From the NCBI GenBank assembly GCA_963714095.1, contig OY970230.1:959907-1023906 (forward strand): a DNA stretch of 64,000 nt, written 5' to 3'. Under the pieces are notes generated by a model. It saw nothing but the letters and a program-made list of their open reading frames with translations. It was not told the DNA's origin and ran no database searches. Numbering within the stretch: position 1 is the first letter of the stretch; each line of letters opens with the position of its first letter. Origin of the DNA: Candidatus Gottesmanbacteria bacterium (GTDB taxonomy: Bacteria; Patescibacteriota; Microgenomatia; UBA10105; UBA927). Below are positions 8,730-18,232 of this stretch, piece by piece. Made by a program: the position numbers and the translations under genes.

Positions 8730-10049
8730 ATGATCCTTGCTAAAACCGACCCGGAGATTGCCAAACTTATTGCTGCAGAAGAAAAACGCCAGAAAGACGT
8801 GCTGGAGATGATTCCGTCTGAGAATTACGCATCTGCTGCGGTACGGGAGGCAATCGGGTCGGTGTTAACAAACAAATACTCCGAAGGATACGCGTACAGG
8901 CGGTATTACCAGGGAAACCGTTTTATCGATGATATTGAAATTCTTGCGATCGAGCGGGCTAAAAAGCTGTTCGGTGTTCCGCACGTCAATGTCCAGCCGT
9001 ACTCGGGGTCTCCGGCAAATTCCGCAATTTACTTCGCTCTTCTTAACGCAAACGATACCATCATGGGCCTTAAACTTTCAGCCGGCGGGCACCTCACGCA
9101 CGGGCATCCGGGAGTGACATTTTCCGGCAAGTATTTTCAGTCAGCCCAATATGATGTCGAGGCTACTGGCGAGATTGATATGGATAAGGCCGCTGTGTTT
9201 GCAAAAACGGTGAAACCACGGATTATCGTTGTCGGCACGACTGCGTATCCGCGTATTTTCGATTGGAAACGGTGGCGCATGATTGCGGACAGCGTTGGCG
9301 CATATTTTCTTGCGGATATTTCCCACATCGTGGGTCTTGTAGTAGGAGGCGTACATCCGTCTCCGGTGCCGTACGCAGATTTGATTATGACCACCACGCA
9401 TAAAACGCTTCGCGGCCCGCGCGGCGCGATGATTCTGGTAACGAATCAGGGGTTGAAAAAAGATCCCCAGATGGGAGATAAAATTGACAAAGCTGTTTTT
9501 CCGGGGCTCCAGGGCGGGCCGCACGATAATGTTACGGCAGCAATCGCGGTGGCGCTTAAGGAAGCGGGGACACCGACATTTAAGAAATACACCGAGCAAA
9601 TCGTTGTAAATGCAAAAATTCTGAGTGAAACATTACTGAGCGAGGGATTTACGCTTACGACCGGAGGCACGGATAACCATCTTATGGTTGTTGATTTGCG
9701 TCCGCAGGGAGTCGTGGGAAACATTGCAGCTGAGGCGTTAGAGGCAGCAGGAATTGTTGTAAACCGGAATAGCGTACCGCACGATCCAAATCCGCCATTT
9801 TACCCATCAGGGATCCGGCTCGGTACGCCTGCCATTACAACCAGAGGAATGAAGGAAACGGAGATGAAGGTGATTGGGAAGTGGATTGCGGAAGTCATAA
9901 AAGAAGTTTCCGGTAGTCCGTTACCTGGGACAAAGGAAGAACGCATCGCGTATCTTAAAAAATTCCGTTCATCTGTTGCAAAAAATAAGCATCTTGCCAA
10001 AATTTGCGCGGACGTCAAAACCCTCACCACGCGCTTCCCTTTGCCGTAA
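8730..10049 (+). CDS. glyA: serine hydroxymethyltransferase
   Basis: 'TTTHKTLRGPRG' PLP-lysine motif, with full-length SHMT colinearity. Confidence 0.95.
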   Translation: MILAKTDPEIAKLIAAEEKRQKDVLEMIPSENYASAAVREAIGSVLTNKYSEGYAYRRYYQGNRFIDDIEILAIERAKKLFGVPHVNVQPYSGSPANSAIYFALLNANDTIMGLKLSAGGHLTHGHPGVTFSGKYFQSAQYDVEATGEIDMDKAAVFAKTVKPRIIVVGTTAYPRIFDWKRWRMIADSVGAYFLADISHIVGLVVGGVHPSPVPYADLIMTTTHKTLRGPRGAMILVTNQGLKKDPQMGDKIDKAVFPGLQGGPHDNVTAAIAVALKEAGTPTFKKYTEQIVVNAKILSETLLSEGFTLTTGGTDNHLMVVDLRPQGVVGNIAAEALEAAGIVVNRNSVPHDPNPPFYPSGIRLGTPAITTRGMKETEMKVIGKWIAEVIKEVSGSPLPGTKEERIAYLKKFRSSVAKNKHLAKICADVKTLTTRFPLP

Positions 10050-10054
10050 CATTG

Positions 10055-10063
10055 TGCTATAAT
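10055..10063 (+). promoter_or_regulatory. extended -10 element TGcTATAAT in the rpsB leader
   Basis: The consensus lies immediately after the glyA stop. Confidence 0.35.
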
Positions 10064-10143
10064 CCTTTTATTACGCATACTCGAGAATGTATCTCTCCCG
10101 TAAAGGGCATCGAGTAGAAGGTTAAGAGATACGCGAAATAGAA

Positions 10144-10165
10144 GGCGCGTATCGCGCCATTTTTT
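10144..10165 (+). terminator. GC hairpin plus T-run (glyA terminator or rpsB leader attenuator)
   Basis: 'ggcgcgtatcgcgcc' is a perfect 6-bp stem with a tat loop, then 'attttt', directly abutting the rpsB ATG. Confidence 0.45.
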
Positions 10166-11026
10166 ATGGAAGAAATAACGTTACAGGCACTTTTGGAAGC
10201 AGGTTGTCATTTTGGTCACAAGGCCGAACGGTGGCATCCCAAGGCAGCGCAGTTTATTTATACAAAAAAAGACGGCATCCATATTATCGATTTGGCAAAA
10301 ACCAAAACGGGATTGGAAGCGGCGGCAGCGTTTGTTAAAGATCTGGCAAGTCAGGGTAAGGAAGTCGTGTTTGTAGGTACCAAGCGCCAGGCGTCAGGCG
10401 TCGTGAAACAGGAGGCAACAGCGGCAGGTGCCCCGTATTTTGTTGCGCGCTGGATCGGGGGATTCTTAACCAACTGGGACCAGATTAAGAAAAATATCGA
10501 TAAAATTCTCAAAATGGAAGCGGACAGGGCCAGTGGCGCCTGGAAAAAATTTCCCAAACACGAACAGGTGAAAATGGGGCGTTACTTGGACCGGATAAAA
10601 ATTTATTACGGCGGCGTTCTTACTATAAAAGCAATTCCGCAGGCGCTTGTGGTCGTTGACGTGAAAAAAGAAGAGCCGGCTGTGCGTGAGGGGAAACGTG
10701 TCGGCGTGCCGATTGTGGGCATGGTAGACACCAATTCCGATCCGACGCCTATTGATTATGTCATTCCTGCAAACGATGACGCCGTGGGATCCATTCAATA
10801 TATTATCCATATACTCGCGTCCGCGTATGGTGAAGGAAAAGCATTGTGGGAGAAGGCGAATAAGGAAATGGCAGATAAAGCCATAGCTGCGAAAACAGTT
10901 CCCGCACCGACAGCAACACCAAAACCGTCAGTTGCTTCAGAAAAACCAAAAACTGAAGTAAAAAAGGAAGACGTAGCGGCAGAGAGTAAACCAAAACGCG
11001 GCCGACCGAAGAAAAAAGCTTTATAA
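10166..11026 (+). CDS. rpsB: 30S ribosomal protein S2
   Basis: 'LLEAGCHFGHKAERWHPK' S2 signature. It has a K/A-rich C-terminal tail. Confidence 0.95.
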   Translation: MEEITLQALLEAGCHFGHKAERWHPKAAQFIYTKKDGIHIIDLAKTKTGLEAAAAFVKDLASQGKEVVFVGTKRQASGVVKQEATAAGAPYFVARWIGGFLTNWDQIKKNIDKILKMEADRASGAWKKFPKHEQVKMGRYLDRIKIYYGGVLTIKAIPQALVVVDVKKEEPAVREGKRVGVPIVGMVDTNSDPTPIDYVIPANDDAVGSIQYIIHILASAYGEGKALWEKANKEMADKAIAAKTVPAPTATPKPSVASEKPKTEVKKEDVAAESKPKRGRPKKKAL

Positions 11027-11033
11027 TTATCGT

Positions 11034-11489
11034 ATGCAGGTAAAACTTGAAGATATAAAAAAACTCCGTGAAGACACGAGTGCGGGCGTATCCGATTGCA
11101 GGCAGGCACTGGAAGACGCCAGTGGCGACTTTGCCAAAGCAAAAAAACTTATTATGGAGCGGGGGTTGGAAAAAGCCGCTAAAAAGGGCAACCGCGAAAC
11201 TTCGCAAGGCCTCATTGAATCGTATGTTCATGCCGGACGGGTTGGAGTTTTGGTTGAAGTCCGATGCGAAACAGATTTTGTGGCCAGGACCGATGATTTT
11301 AAGAAATTAGCCCATGAAATTGCCCTTCAGGTTGCATCCATGAATCCGAAAAACGTGAAAGAACTTTTAGCCAGTCCTTACATTCGCGACGCATCTCTTA
11401 CGGTAGAAGCCCTTGTTAAGCAGACCGTCGCCAAAGTCGGTGAAAATATCACGATCGCCAAATTTACCCGCATTGCGCTGGGGGAATAA
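11034..11489 (+). CDS. tsf: elongation factor Ts (short form)
   Basis: N-terminal UBA-like 'IKKLREDTSAGVSDCRQALE' and the 'VEVRCETDFVART' motif. It is only 151 aa. Confidence 0.9.
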   Translation: MQVKLEDIKKLREDTSAGVSDCRQALEDASGDFAKAKKLIMERGLEKAAKKGNRETSQGLIESYVHAGRVGVLVEVRCETDFVARTDDFKKLAHEIALQVASMNPKNVKELLASPYIRDASLTVEALVKQTVAKVGENITIAKFTRIALGE

Positions 11490-11508
11490 TCGTGATACTA
11501 TTTTTTTG

Positions 11509-12072
11509 ATGATCGAACCCACCATCAACACTGCGCGGGAGAAGATGAGAAAAGCTCTTGACGTGACGCGCATGGATCTTACTTCCATCCGATCAGGGCG
11601 CGCCACCCCCGCACTTGTTGAGAATATTTTTATCATGGCCTACGGCGGGACGCAACGGCTCCGTGTACAGGAATTGGCTACGATTACCACGATGGATTCA
11701 AAAACAATCGTTATCTCTCCGTACGATCCCTCGACGATTGCCGAAATTGAGAAGGGGATTCTGGCCGGAAGCAGCGGATTGACACCGGTTGTTGACAGGG
11801 ACGTGATCCGAATAACGATCCCGCTTTTATCCGAGGAACGGCGGCTCGAATATATAAAACTTGCAAAAGCAAAATTGGAAGGCGGCAGGGTTATGGTGCG
11901 TCAGATTCGGGGTGACGCAATGCGGGAGTTGAAAAAAGCGGAAGAGGCAAAAACGATCTCCGAGGACGAGCGCAAACACGGAGAACGGCTGGTGCAGGAA
12001 TTGACCGATGAAATGGTCGCCGAAATTGATACCATGGGGCAGAAAAAGGAAGCGGAATTGCTGCAAGTTTAG
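11509..12072 (+). CDS. frr: ribosome recycling factor
   Basis: RRF colinearity from the internal Met 'MIEPTINTAREKM'. The longer ORF from 11413 overlaps tsf and is not used. Confidence 0.85.
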   Translation: MIEPTINTAREKMRKALDVTRMDLTSIRSGRATPALVENIFIMAYGGTQRLRVQELATITTMDSKTIVISPYDPSTIAEIEKGILAGSSGLTPVVDRDVIRITIPLLSEERRLEYIKLAKAKLEGGRVMVRQIRGDAMRELKKAEEAKTISEDERKHGERLVQELTDEMVAEIDTMGQKKEAELLQV

Positions 12073-12080
12073 ACTTCCCT

Positions 12081-13154
12081 ATGTTTATAAGCACAGTTAT
12101 ATATATCTTTAGCATAGTCGTGGAAACGTTACTCATTTTAAGTGCTCTTGTCCTTATCCATGAGTTAGGACATTTTACCGCTGCCAGACTTATCGGAGTT
12201 AAGGTGGAAGAATTCGGTTTTGGTTTGCCGCCGCGCGCTATTGGTAAAAAATTCCACGGTATTCTTTATTCTCTGAATTGGTTGCCGATTGGGGGATTTG
12301 TGCGCCTTGCTGGTGAAGATGAAGAAGATGAAAAAATAAAAGGTATTAAGGCAAAGGAATACTTTTTTGCACGGAGTAAAAAGGAACGGGCGGCAATACT
12401 GTTGGCCGGTGTATTCATGAATTTTCTCCTTGCCGTGGGAATTACGACCTTTTTATTAACCCAAGGTGTTCAGGAGACGAGCGGACGCGTGCATATTGAA
12501 CAGGTACAGGCAAACAGCCCCGCCCAAAAGGCAGGGTTGAAAGCAAACGACATAGTTGAAGGGTTTAAAACGCCGCAGGATCTTATTACATTTGCCAAAA
12601 CTCATGCCGGCAAGCCCGCGACGTTTACGATTCTGCGTGATAACAAAAATATTCAGATAACCTTGACGCCGCGTACGACGTATCCGTCGGGTGACGGTCC
12701 GGTGGGAATTGTGATTTCGGATTTGGAGACACGGGTGTATCCTATTTCGCAGGCGCCGCTGGTTGCAACGAAAATAAATATTGAACGTGCCCGGGATATG
12801 TTTGTTGCAATTTGGGATCTTCTTGTCCGCATGGTTCACCTTAAACCGGTGGGGCAGGATGTTGCCGGTCCCATAGGTATCGCGGTCGTTACCGGGCAGG
12901 TATTTAAGTTCGGATGGAAGGCAGTACTCGAATTGGTAAGCATGATATCCCTTGATCTTGCAGTGCTTAACGTGCTTCCGATACCAGCAATGGACGGAGG
13001 CAGGCTCGCGTTTGTATTTTTGGAAAAAATTATCGGGAAAAGGGTAAAGCCTGCGTTTGAGCAGTCCATACACCAGATCGGTATGATTGTCCTGTTTATT
13101 CTTATTATCCTCATCTCCATCAATGACATCATGCGTCTCTCCCGCGGCGGGTAA
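12081..13154 (+). CDS. rseP: RIP zinc metalloprotease RseP (site-2 protease)
   Basis: Has the 'HELGH' zinc motif in TM1, a PDZ-like middle region, and a C-terminal 'LDGG' motif. Confidence 0.85.
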   Translation: MFISTVIYIFSIVVETLLILSALVLIHELGHFTAARLIGVKVEEFGFGLPPRAIGKKFHGILYSLNWLPIGGFVRLAGEDEEDEKIKGIKAKEYFFARSKKERAAILLAGVFMNFLLAVGITTFLLTQGVQETSGRVHIEQVQANSPAQKAGLKANDIVEGFKTPQDLITFAKTHAGKPATFTILRDNKNIQITLTPRTTYPSGDGPVGIVISDLETRVYPISQAPLVATKINIERARDMFVAIWDLLVRMVHLKPVGQDVAGPIGIAVVTGQVFKFGWKAVLELVSMISLDLAVLNVLPIPAMDGGRLAFVFLEKIIGKRVKPAFEQSIHQIGMIVLFILIILISINDIMRLSRGG

Positions 13155-13163
13155 TGCTATAAT
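13155..13163 (+). promoter_or_regulatory. extended -10 promoter TGcTATAAT, 8 nt before the proS ATG
   Basis: The consensus match implies a leaderless transcript. Confidence 0.45.
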
Positions 13164-13171
13164 AGGGACAT

Positions 13172-14410
13172 ATGCTCTATAGTCAACTTTTTCCTAAAAC
13201 TCAGAAAGCTACTCCGGCAGGAGCTGAAAGTGTCAACCATAAATTTTTGGTGCGCGCCGGGTTTATTGATCAACTCATGGCGGGGAGCTGGACGCTCTTA
13301 CCGCTCGGGTGGCGCGTGGTGACAAAGATTAACAATATTATCCGCGAAGAGATGAATGCTATCGGCGGTCAGGAGATGCTTATGCCGCTTTTGCATCCCA
13401 AAGAACTTTGGAATGAAACCGGCCGGTGGGATAAGGCCGCCGGAATTATGTATAAGCTGAAAGATTCCCATGAACGTGAGTATGCGTTGTCGTTTACCCA
13501 TGAGGAGATCGTTATGGATCTTCTGCGTAAAAACGTGCGGAGTTACCAGGATTTACCGGTGGCGGTGTACCATTTTTCCACTAAATTCCGTAACGAGCCA
13601 AGGGCAAGAAGCGGTATTTTACGGGGCCGCGAGTTTATGATGAAAGATCTCTATAGCGCCCATGTAAGCGAGAAGGATCTCATGGAGTATTACGAGAAAG
13701 TGAAGCTCGCATATGTAAAAATATTTAAACGTCTGGGATTTTCCATCCGCGTGACAGAAGCGGACGGCGGCGTTTTTACCGATAAACACACCCATGAGTT
13801 CCAGGTGCTTTGTGACGGCGGTGAGGATACGATATATTACTGCGGCAATTGTACGTGGGGGAGTAACAAGGAATTAATCGGAGAGAAGGGTGTTTCGGTG
13901 TGTCCTTCATGCGGCAAAAAAGACGTCAGACAGGCAAGAGCTATTGAAGTGGGAAATATATTCCCGTTAGGCAAATGGTACGCCGAAAAAATGGGCGTGT
14001 ACTATACGGATGAAAAAGGGCAAAAGCAGTTGGTGTGGTTTGGAAGCTACGGCATCGGCCCAACCCGGGTGATGGGAGCGTTGGTTGAAGTCTCTCATGA
14101 TGACAAAGGTATCATTTGGTTTCCTCAGGTAGCGCCTTTCGCCGTGCATTTAATTTCACTATCCGGCGGGGAATTAAAAGCGGAGGCTCTGTATAAGCAA
14201 TTGACGAAAGAGGGAATTGAGGTTTTGTGGGATGAGCGTGAGGTATCCGCCGGAACGAAATTTGCCGACGCGGATCTTATAGGCATTCCCGTGCGGCTGG
14301 TTGTATCCAAAAAAACAGGAGAGAACATTGAATTCAAACGACGGAGTGAAAAAAACTTTGATGTAGTAGATACCTCTGAAGTAATCAAGCGCTTGAAATC
14401 TAACTCATGA
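13172..14410 (+). CDS. proS: prolyl-tRNA synthetase, short form lacking the INS editing domain
   Basis: Colinear with E. coli ProRS motifs 1-2 ('RNEPRARSGILRGREFMMKDLYS'). It has a Cys4 zinc-ribbon insert and is only 412 aa. Confidence 0.85.
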   Translation: MLYSQLFPKTQKATPAGAESVNHKFLVRAGFIDQLMAGSWTLLPLGWRVVTKINNIIREEMNAIGGQEMLMPLLHPKELWNETGRWDKAAGIMYKLKDSHEREYALSFTHEEIVMDLLRKNVRSYQDLPVAVYHFSTKFRNEPRARSGILRGREFMMKDLYSAHVSEKDLMEYYEKVKLAYVKIFKRLGFSIRVTEADGGVFTDKHTHEFQVLCDGGEDTIYYCGNCTWGSNKELIGEKGVSVCPSCGKKDVRQARAIEVGNIFPLGKWYAEKMGVYYTDEKGQKQLVWFGSYGIGPTRVMGALVEVSHDDKGIIWFPQVAPFAVHLISLSGGELKAEALYKQLTKEGIEVLWDEREVSAGTKFADADLIGIPVRLVVSKKTGENIEFKRRSEKNFDVVDTSEVIKRLKSNS

Positions 14411-15234
14411 AAACCATTGTTGCGCATATCGGGCCGGATTTGGATGCTATTGCCGCCATCTGGCTTATTAAGACGTTTTTCCCCGGCTGGGAGGAAGCGA
14501 TGCTGGCGTTTGTGCCGGCAGGTACCACGCTGGAAGACAAATCTCCTGACGATAACCCCGAAATTATCCATGTGGATACGGGGTTCGGAAAATTTGACCA
14601 TCATCAAAATAATGATGACACGTGTGCCGCATTGAAAGTATACGAAGAGGTCAAACGGATTCATGGTGCAGACTCCGCAATGGAACGGTTACTCGCGGTT
14701 GTGAACGACGTAGACCATTTTCGCGAGGTATTTTTTCCCAATCCGACAGCGGATTTTTGGGACCTGGGACTGGTGACCCAAATTGACGGCTGGCGGCTTA
14801 TATATAGCGACAATCCCATCAAAATTGTGGACCTCGGAATGCAGGCGCTCGATGGCATTTATAAAACATTTCAGAATAAAGTCTGGGCGGAAAAAGAATT
14901 AAAAGAAAAAGGTGTGGAGTTTATTACACAATGGGGGAAAGGGATTGGTGTGGAAACAACCAATGACGAGGTCGTGCATCTGGCGCAGAAAATGGGATAC
15001 GCGGTTGCGGTCCGTAAGGACTCGAACAAAGGATACCTCCGTATTAAGTCGCTTCCAAAAGATGAGATAGACCTTACGGGGGTGTATAATACGCTCAAGA
15101 GTGAGGAGCCCGACGCCACGTGGTTTTTGCACGCAAGCCGTCATATGGTGCTAAACGGCAGCAGCAAGAATCCCGACATGCGGCCGACGAAAAAAACACT
15201 GCAACAGATTATTGATGTTGTAAAGAAAAAATAA
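14407..15234 (+). CDS. DHH-family phosphoesterase
   Basis: 'HIGPDLDAIAA' and 'FDHHQ' are DHH motifs. It is ATGA-coupled to proS. Confidence 0.65.
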   Translation: MKTIVAHIGPDLDAIAAIWLIKTFFPGWEEAMLAFVPAGTTLEDKSPDDNPEIIHVDTGFGKFDHHQNNDDTCAALKVYEEVKRIHGADSAMERLLAVVNDVDHFREVFFPNPTADFWDLGLVTQIDGWRLIYSDNPIKIVDLGMQALDGIYKTFQNKVWAEKELKEKGVEFITQWGKGIGVETTNDEVVHLAQKMGYAVAVRKDSNKGYLRIKSLPKDEIDLTGVYNTLKSEEPDATWFLHASRHMVLNGSSKNPDMRPTKKTLQQIIDVVKKK

Positions 15235-15237
15235 CTT

Positions 15238-15558
15238 ATGGACTCGTGTATTTTTTGCGACGTCGTTTCAGGGAAATTGCCCAGTACGAAATTGTACGAG
15301 GATGATGACGTTATCGTAATTGCCGATATCCATCCGCAGGCGCCGGTACACTGGCTGGTCATTTCGAGGGCGCACGTGCCGGAATTATTGGAAGTGCCGG
15401 ATGGTTTAGCTGGCAAGATGATGGGGGTGGTCAACAAAATTATACGTGACCAGAGAATTGAGAAATACCGCATCGTGATAAACGGCAAAGGATCGGTATT
15501 GGTTGACCATTTACATATTCACGTTTTAGGGAAAATAGACAAGTTCAGAACGTTGTAA
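15238..15558 (+). CDS. HIT-family (histidine triad) protein
   Basis: 'HLHIHVLG' histidine triad. Confidence 0.85.
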   Translation: MDSCIFCDVVSGKLPSTKLYEDDDVIVIADIHPQAPVHWLVISRAHVPELLEVPDGLAGKMMGVVNKIIRDQRIEKYRIVINGKGSVLVDHLHIHVLGKIDKFRTL

Positions 15559-15577
15559 GGAGGTGTTTGTTTATTTT

Positions 15578-15766
15578 ATGGTATTTGTTAAAGCACAACC
15601 AGGTGAAACATCGGATTCTCTTATCCGTAAATTTACACGGAAGGTCCTGTCGGAGGGCATTTTGCAGGATTTGAAGAAACGCGAATTTTATCAGAAACCC
15701 GCCGAAGTCCGTAAAGAAAAGAATAAAGAGTTGAAACGGCGGCTTCGCCATCCGAACCGCATGTAA
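15578..15766 (+). CDS. rpsU: 30S ribosomal protein S21
   Basis: 'REFYQKPAEVRKEK' S21 signature. The start is taken at the internal Met. Confidence 0.85.
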   Translation: MVFVKAQPGETSDSLIRKFTRKVLSEGILQDLKKREFYQKPAEVRKEKNKELKRRLRHPNRM

Positions 15767-15768
15767 CT

Positions 15769-16209
15769 ATGCTCATGGATAGGTTACAAACTGATCTTAT
15801 AACTTCCCTTAAGGCGGGAAACTCTCCGCGTGTGGAAACTATCCGGTTTTTGATTGCCGGTGTACGCACTTTGGTAAGTGCTAAATACGGCGCCGATTGG
15901 GAGAAGAAAATGACGGACGCAGACGTTGTTGATACTGTGAAGAAGCAGATAAAAACGCACCGTGAGTCCATCGAGGCGTTTGCTCGTGCGGGCCGGCAGG
16001 AATTGGCAGACCGGGAAAAAGCACAACTCGCAATTCTTGAAGAATTTGCACCGAAAGAATTATCTGACGAAGAATTAAAAAAAATATTGGAACCGATTGC
16101 AAAATCAGGCGAAAAAAATTTCGGGTTGCTTATGAAAAATGCCATGGCAGCAACCGCGGGCCGTGCGGACGGCGGAAAAGTCGCAGCACTATTGAAATCC
16201 CTTGTATGA
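15769..16209 (+). CDS. yqeY: GatB/YqeY domain protein
   Basis: Family colinearity, and a conserved rpsU-yqeY-ybeY neighbourhood. Confidence 0.75.
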   Translation: MLMDRLQTDLITSLKAGNSPRVETIRFLIAGVRTLVSAKYGADWEKKMTDADVVDTVKKQIKTHRESIEAFARAGRQELADREKAQLAILEEFAPKELSDEELKKILEPIAKSGEKNFGLLMKNAMAATAGRADGGKVAALLKSLV

Positions 16210-16604
16210 TCACTGTTTTATTTCAAACAGAATCGCATTTTCCCGTAGACCGTAAAAAAATTAAGGCCGCCATCGAAGAGGCTCTCGTGGGTCAGGTACA
16301 TCGTGACGCAGAGGTGAGCGTGAGTGTTGTCGGCGACCGGAGAATGCGGGAGTTGAATAAGAAATATCGACAACTGGACAAGACGACCGATGTGTTGTCC
16401 TTTGGCCTCAATGATCCAACCGTTCAAATTCCCGCAGAATTTGTGGAAGCGCCGGATGATGTCTTGCGCTTGGGCGATATTGTGGTATCGTATCCACAGG
16501 CGGTCGCGGAAGCACGTGAGGAAAATACATTGGTGCATGACAGAGTAGTTTTTTTAGTGCTTCATGGCCTCGATCACTTGCTTGGAAAACATCACGCCGA
16601 ATAA
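16206..16604 (+). CDS. ybeY: endoribonuclease YbeY
   Basis: 'HGLDHLLGKHH' matches the Hx3Hx5H zinc motif. Confidence 0.85.
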   Translation: MITVLFQTESHFPVDRKKIKAAIEEALVGQVHRDAEVSVSVVGDRRMRELNKKYRQLDKTTDVLSFGLNDPTVQIPAEFVEAPDDVLRLGDIVVSYPQAVAEAREENTLVHDRVVFLVLHGLDHLLGKHHAE

Positions 16605-16613
16605 ATAAAAAAT

Positions 16614-17951
16614 ATGTCTTTTTATCGAATTTACCGGCCTCAGGTCATTGAGGAAATAGATAATGTTGCGGTGCGCGAACACTTATTGTCTCTCCTGACG
16701 AAAGAGAAAAAACAGCTTCCCCACGCATTTTTGTTTACGGGTCCGCGCGGCGCGGGAAAAACTACAGCCGCCAGAATTGTTGCAAAACTATTTAACTGTA
16801 CCAAACCCACCAAACACGGTCCATGCGGGAAGTGTGAGCAGTGTACAACAATTGCAGATGGACGGAATCTCGATGTGCTGGAAATTGATGCCGCAAGTAA
16901 CCGCGGGATTGACGAAATCAGGGCACTGCGGGATGCTATTAACTTATCGCCGTCGGGCGCTTCATTTAAAATTTATATCATCGACGAGGTGCATATGCTT
17001 ACGACGGAGGCGTTTAATGCACTCCTCAAAACACTGGAAGAGCCACCTGCCCACGCAGTGTTTGTGCTTGCAACGACTGATCCCCAAAAAGTACCGGCGA
17101 CTATTAAATCCCGGTGCGTCGTTCTTACGTTTCACCGGGCGACAGCCGGCGAACTGGCAGCCGCTCTCAAACGGATTGTCACTGCAGAAAAAATAACTAT
17201 CGATGACGACGCGCTGATACTTCTTGCCGGAAGCGTGGACGGATCATTCAGGGATGCAGTCAAGCTTCTTGAACAGGTGAGTTTCCACAAGGGAAAAATC
17301 ACCGTCGACGTGGTCCGGAAGCTTACGTCACTGAGCGATGAGTCAATACTCACCAATTTTTTTGAAACCCTTGCGAAGAAAGATACAAAAGCATCGCTTT
17401 CACTGATTGAAGGTCTGGTCGCTGACGGCAAGGATATAAGAATATTTCTTGTCGATTGTTTGTCGCATTTGCAGAAGGAACTTATCAACGGCGCGCCCTC
17501 TTCCCGCGAGCTTATCCGCAGATTTACCGAGGCCTATGCTCTGATGAAGGTTTCGCCGATTGCACAGTTGCCGATGGAAGTAGCGGTTGTGGAGTATTGC
17601 GCGGACAGCGTAGCGGTGAAACAAGTTGAGCCGGCAGCGCCCGCAGGGGGGACAGCTCCGCCGGCAGTTGACGATTCGCCGGTACCAGTGGGAATGCTGA
17701 CGCTGGAAAAACTGACGGAACACTGGAAAGATTTTATTGAGGAGCTCAAGCCGTTCAACCATTCCGTAGCAGGAGTTCTGAGGAGTGCTAGACCGAAGAG
17801 TGTCGCGCATGGTATAGTTACGATTGAAGCGTTTTATCAGTTCCATAAGGACAAGTTATCGGAGTCCAAAACAAAAGATGTCCTTATAGCGGTTCTGAAA
17901 AAATTATTCGGCGAAAAGGTAAAAGTAGAGGTAGTGTTAGGAAAAAAATAA
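16614..17951 (+). CDS. dnaX: DNA polymerase III subunit gamma/tau (short)
   Basis: 'FTGPRGAGKTT' Walker A, a 'CGKCEQC' zinc module, and the SRC motif. Confidence 0.9.
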   Translation: MSFYRIYRPQVIEEIDNVAVREHLLSLLTKEKKQLPHAFLFTGPRGAGKTTAARIVAKLFNCTKPTKHGPCGKCEQCTTIADGRNLDVLEIDAASNRGIDEIRALRDAINLSPSGASFKIYIIDEVHMLTTEAFNALLKTLEEPPAHAVFVLATTDPQKVPATIKSRCVVLTFHRATAGELAAALKRIVTAEKITIDDDALILLAGSVDGSFRDAVKLLEQVSFHKGKITVDVVRKLTSLSDESILTNFFETLAKKDTKASLSLIEGLVADGKDIRIFLVDCLSHLQKELINGAPSSRELIRRFTEAYALMKVSPIAQLPMEVAVVEYCADSVAVKQVEPAAPAGGTAPPAVDDSPVPVGMLTLEKLTEHWKDFIEELKPFNHSVAGVLRSARPKSVAHGIVTIEAFYQFHKDKLSESKTKDVLIAVLKKLFGEKVKVEVVLGKK

Positions 17952-17960
17952 GGAGGCAGT

Positions 17961-18227
17961 ATGATAAATCCGTTTAAAGCATTGGGAGATATGAATGCTA
18001 TGCGTAAGCAGGCAGCGGTTATTCAGGCGGCTCTTGAGAAGGAAGAGTTTGAAATTAACGAAGGGAATGTGCGGATTCTCATTTCCGGCAACCAGAATGT
18101 CCGGGTGGTGGAAATCGACGGGGTCGCCAACGAAACGCTCAAGCGCGCGATTAATGACGCGGTCAAGAAATCCCAGCAGGCCGCCGCCATGAAGCTGACG
18201 GAACTCTCGAAAGAGATGGGCCAATAA
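17961..18227 (+). CDS. ybaB: nucleoid-associated protein YbaB/EbfC
   Basis: 88 aa, with family colinearity. It lies directly after dnaX as usual. Confidence 0.85.
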   Translation: MINPFKALGDMNAMRKQAAVIQAALEKEEFEINEGNVRILISGNQNVRVVEIDGVANETLKRAINDAVKKSQQAAAMKLTELSKEMGQ

Positions 18228-18232
18228 TCCCC

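Noticed and set aside
9141-9599. Antisense ORFs overlapping conserved genes, for example 9141..9599 (-), 12456..13073 (-), 20143..20592 (-), 35321..36064 (-), 41509..41988 (+) and 43681..44346 (+)
   Set aside because: They lie entirely within strongly supported genes on the opposite strand and have no recognisable motifs. They are shadow ORFs.
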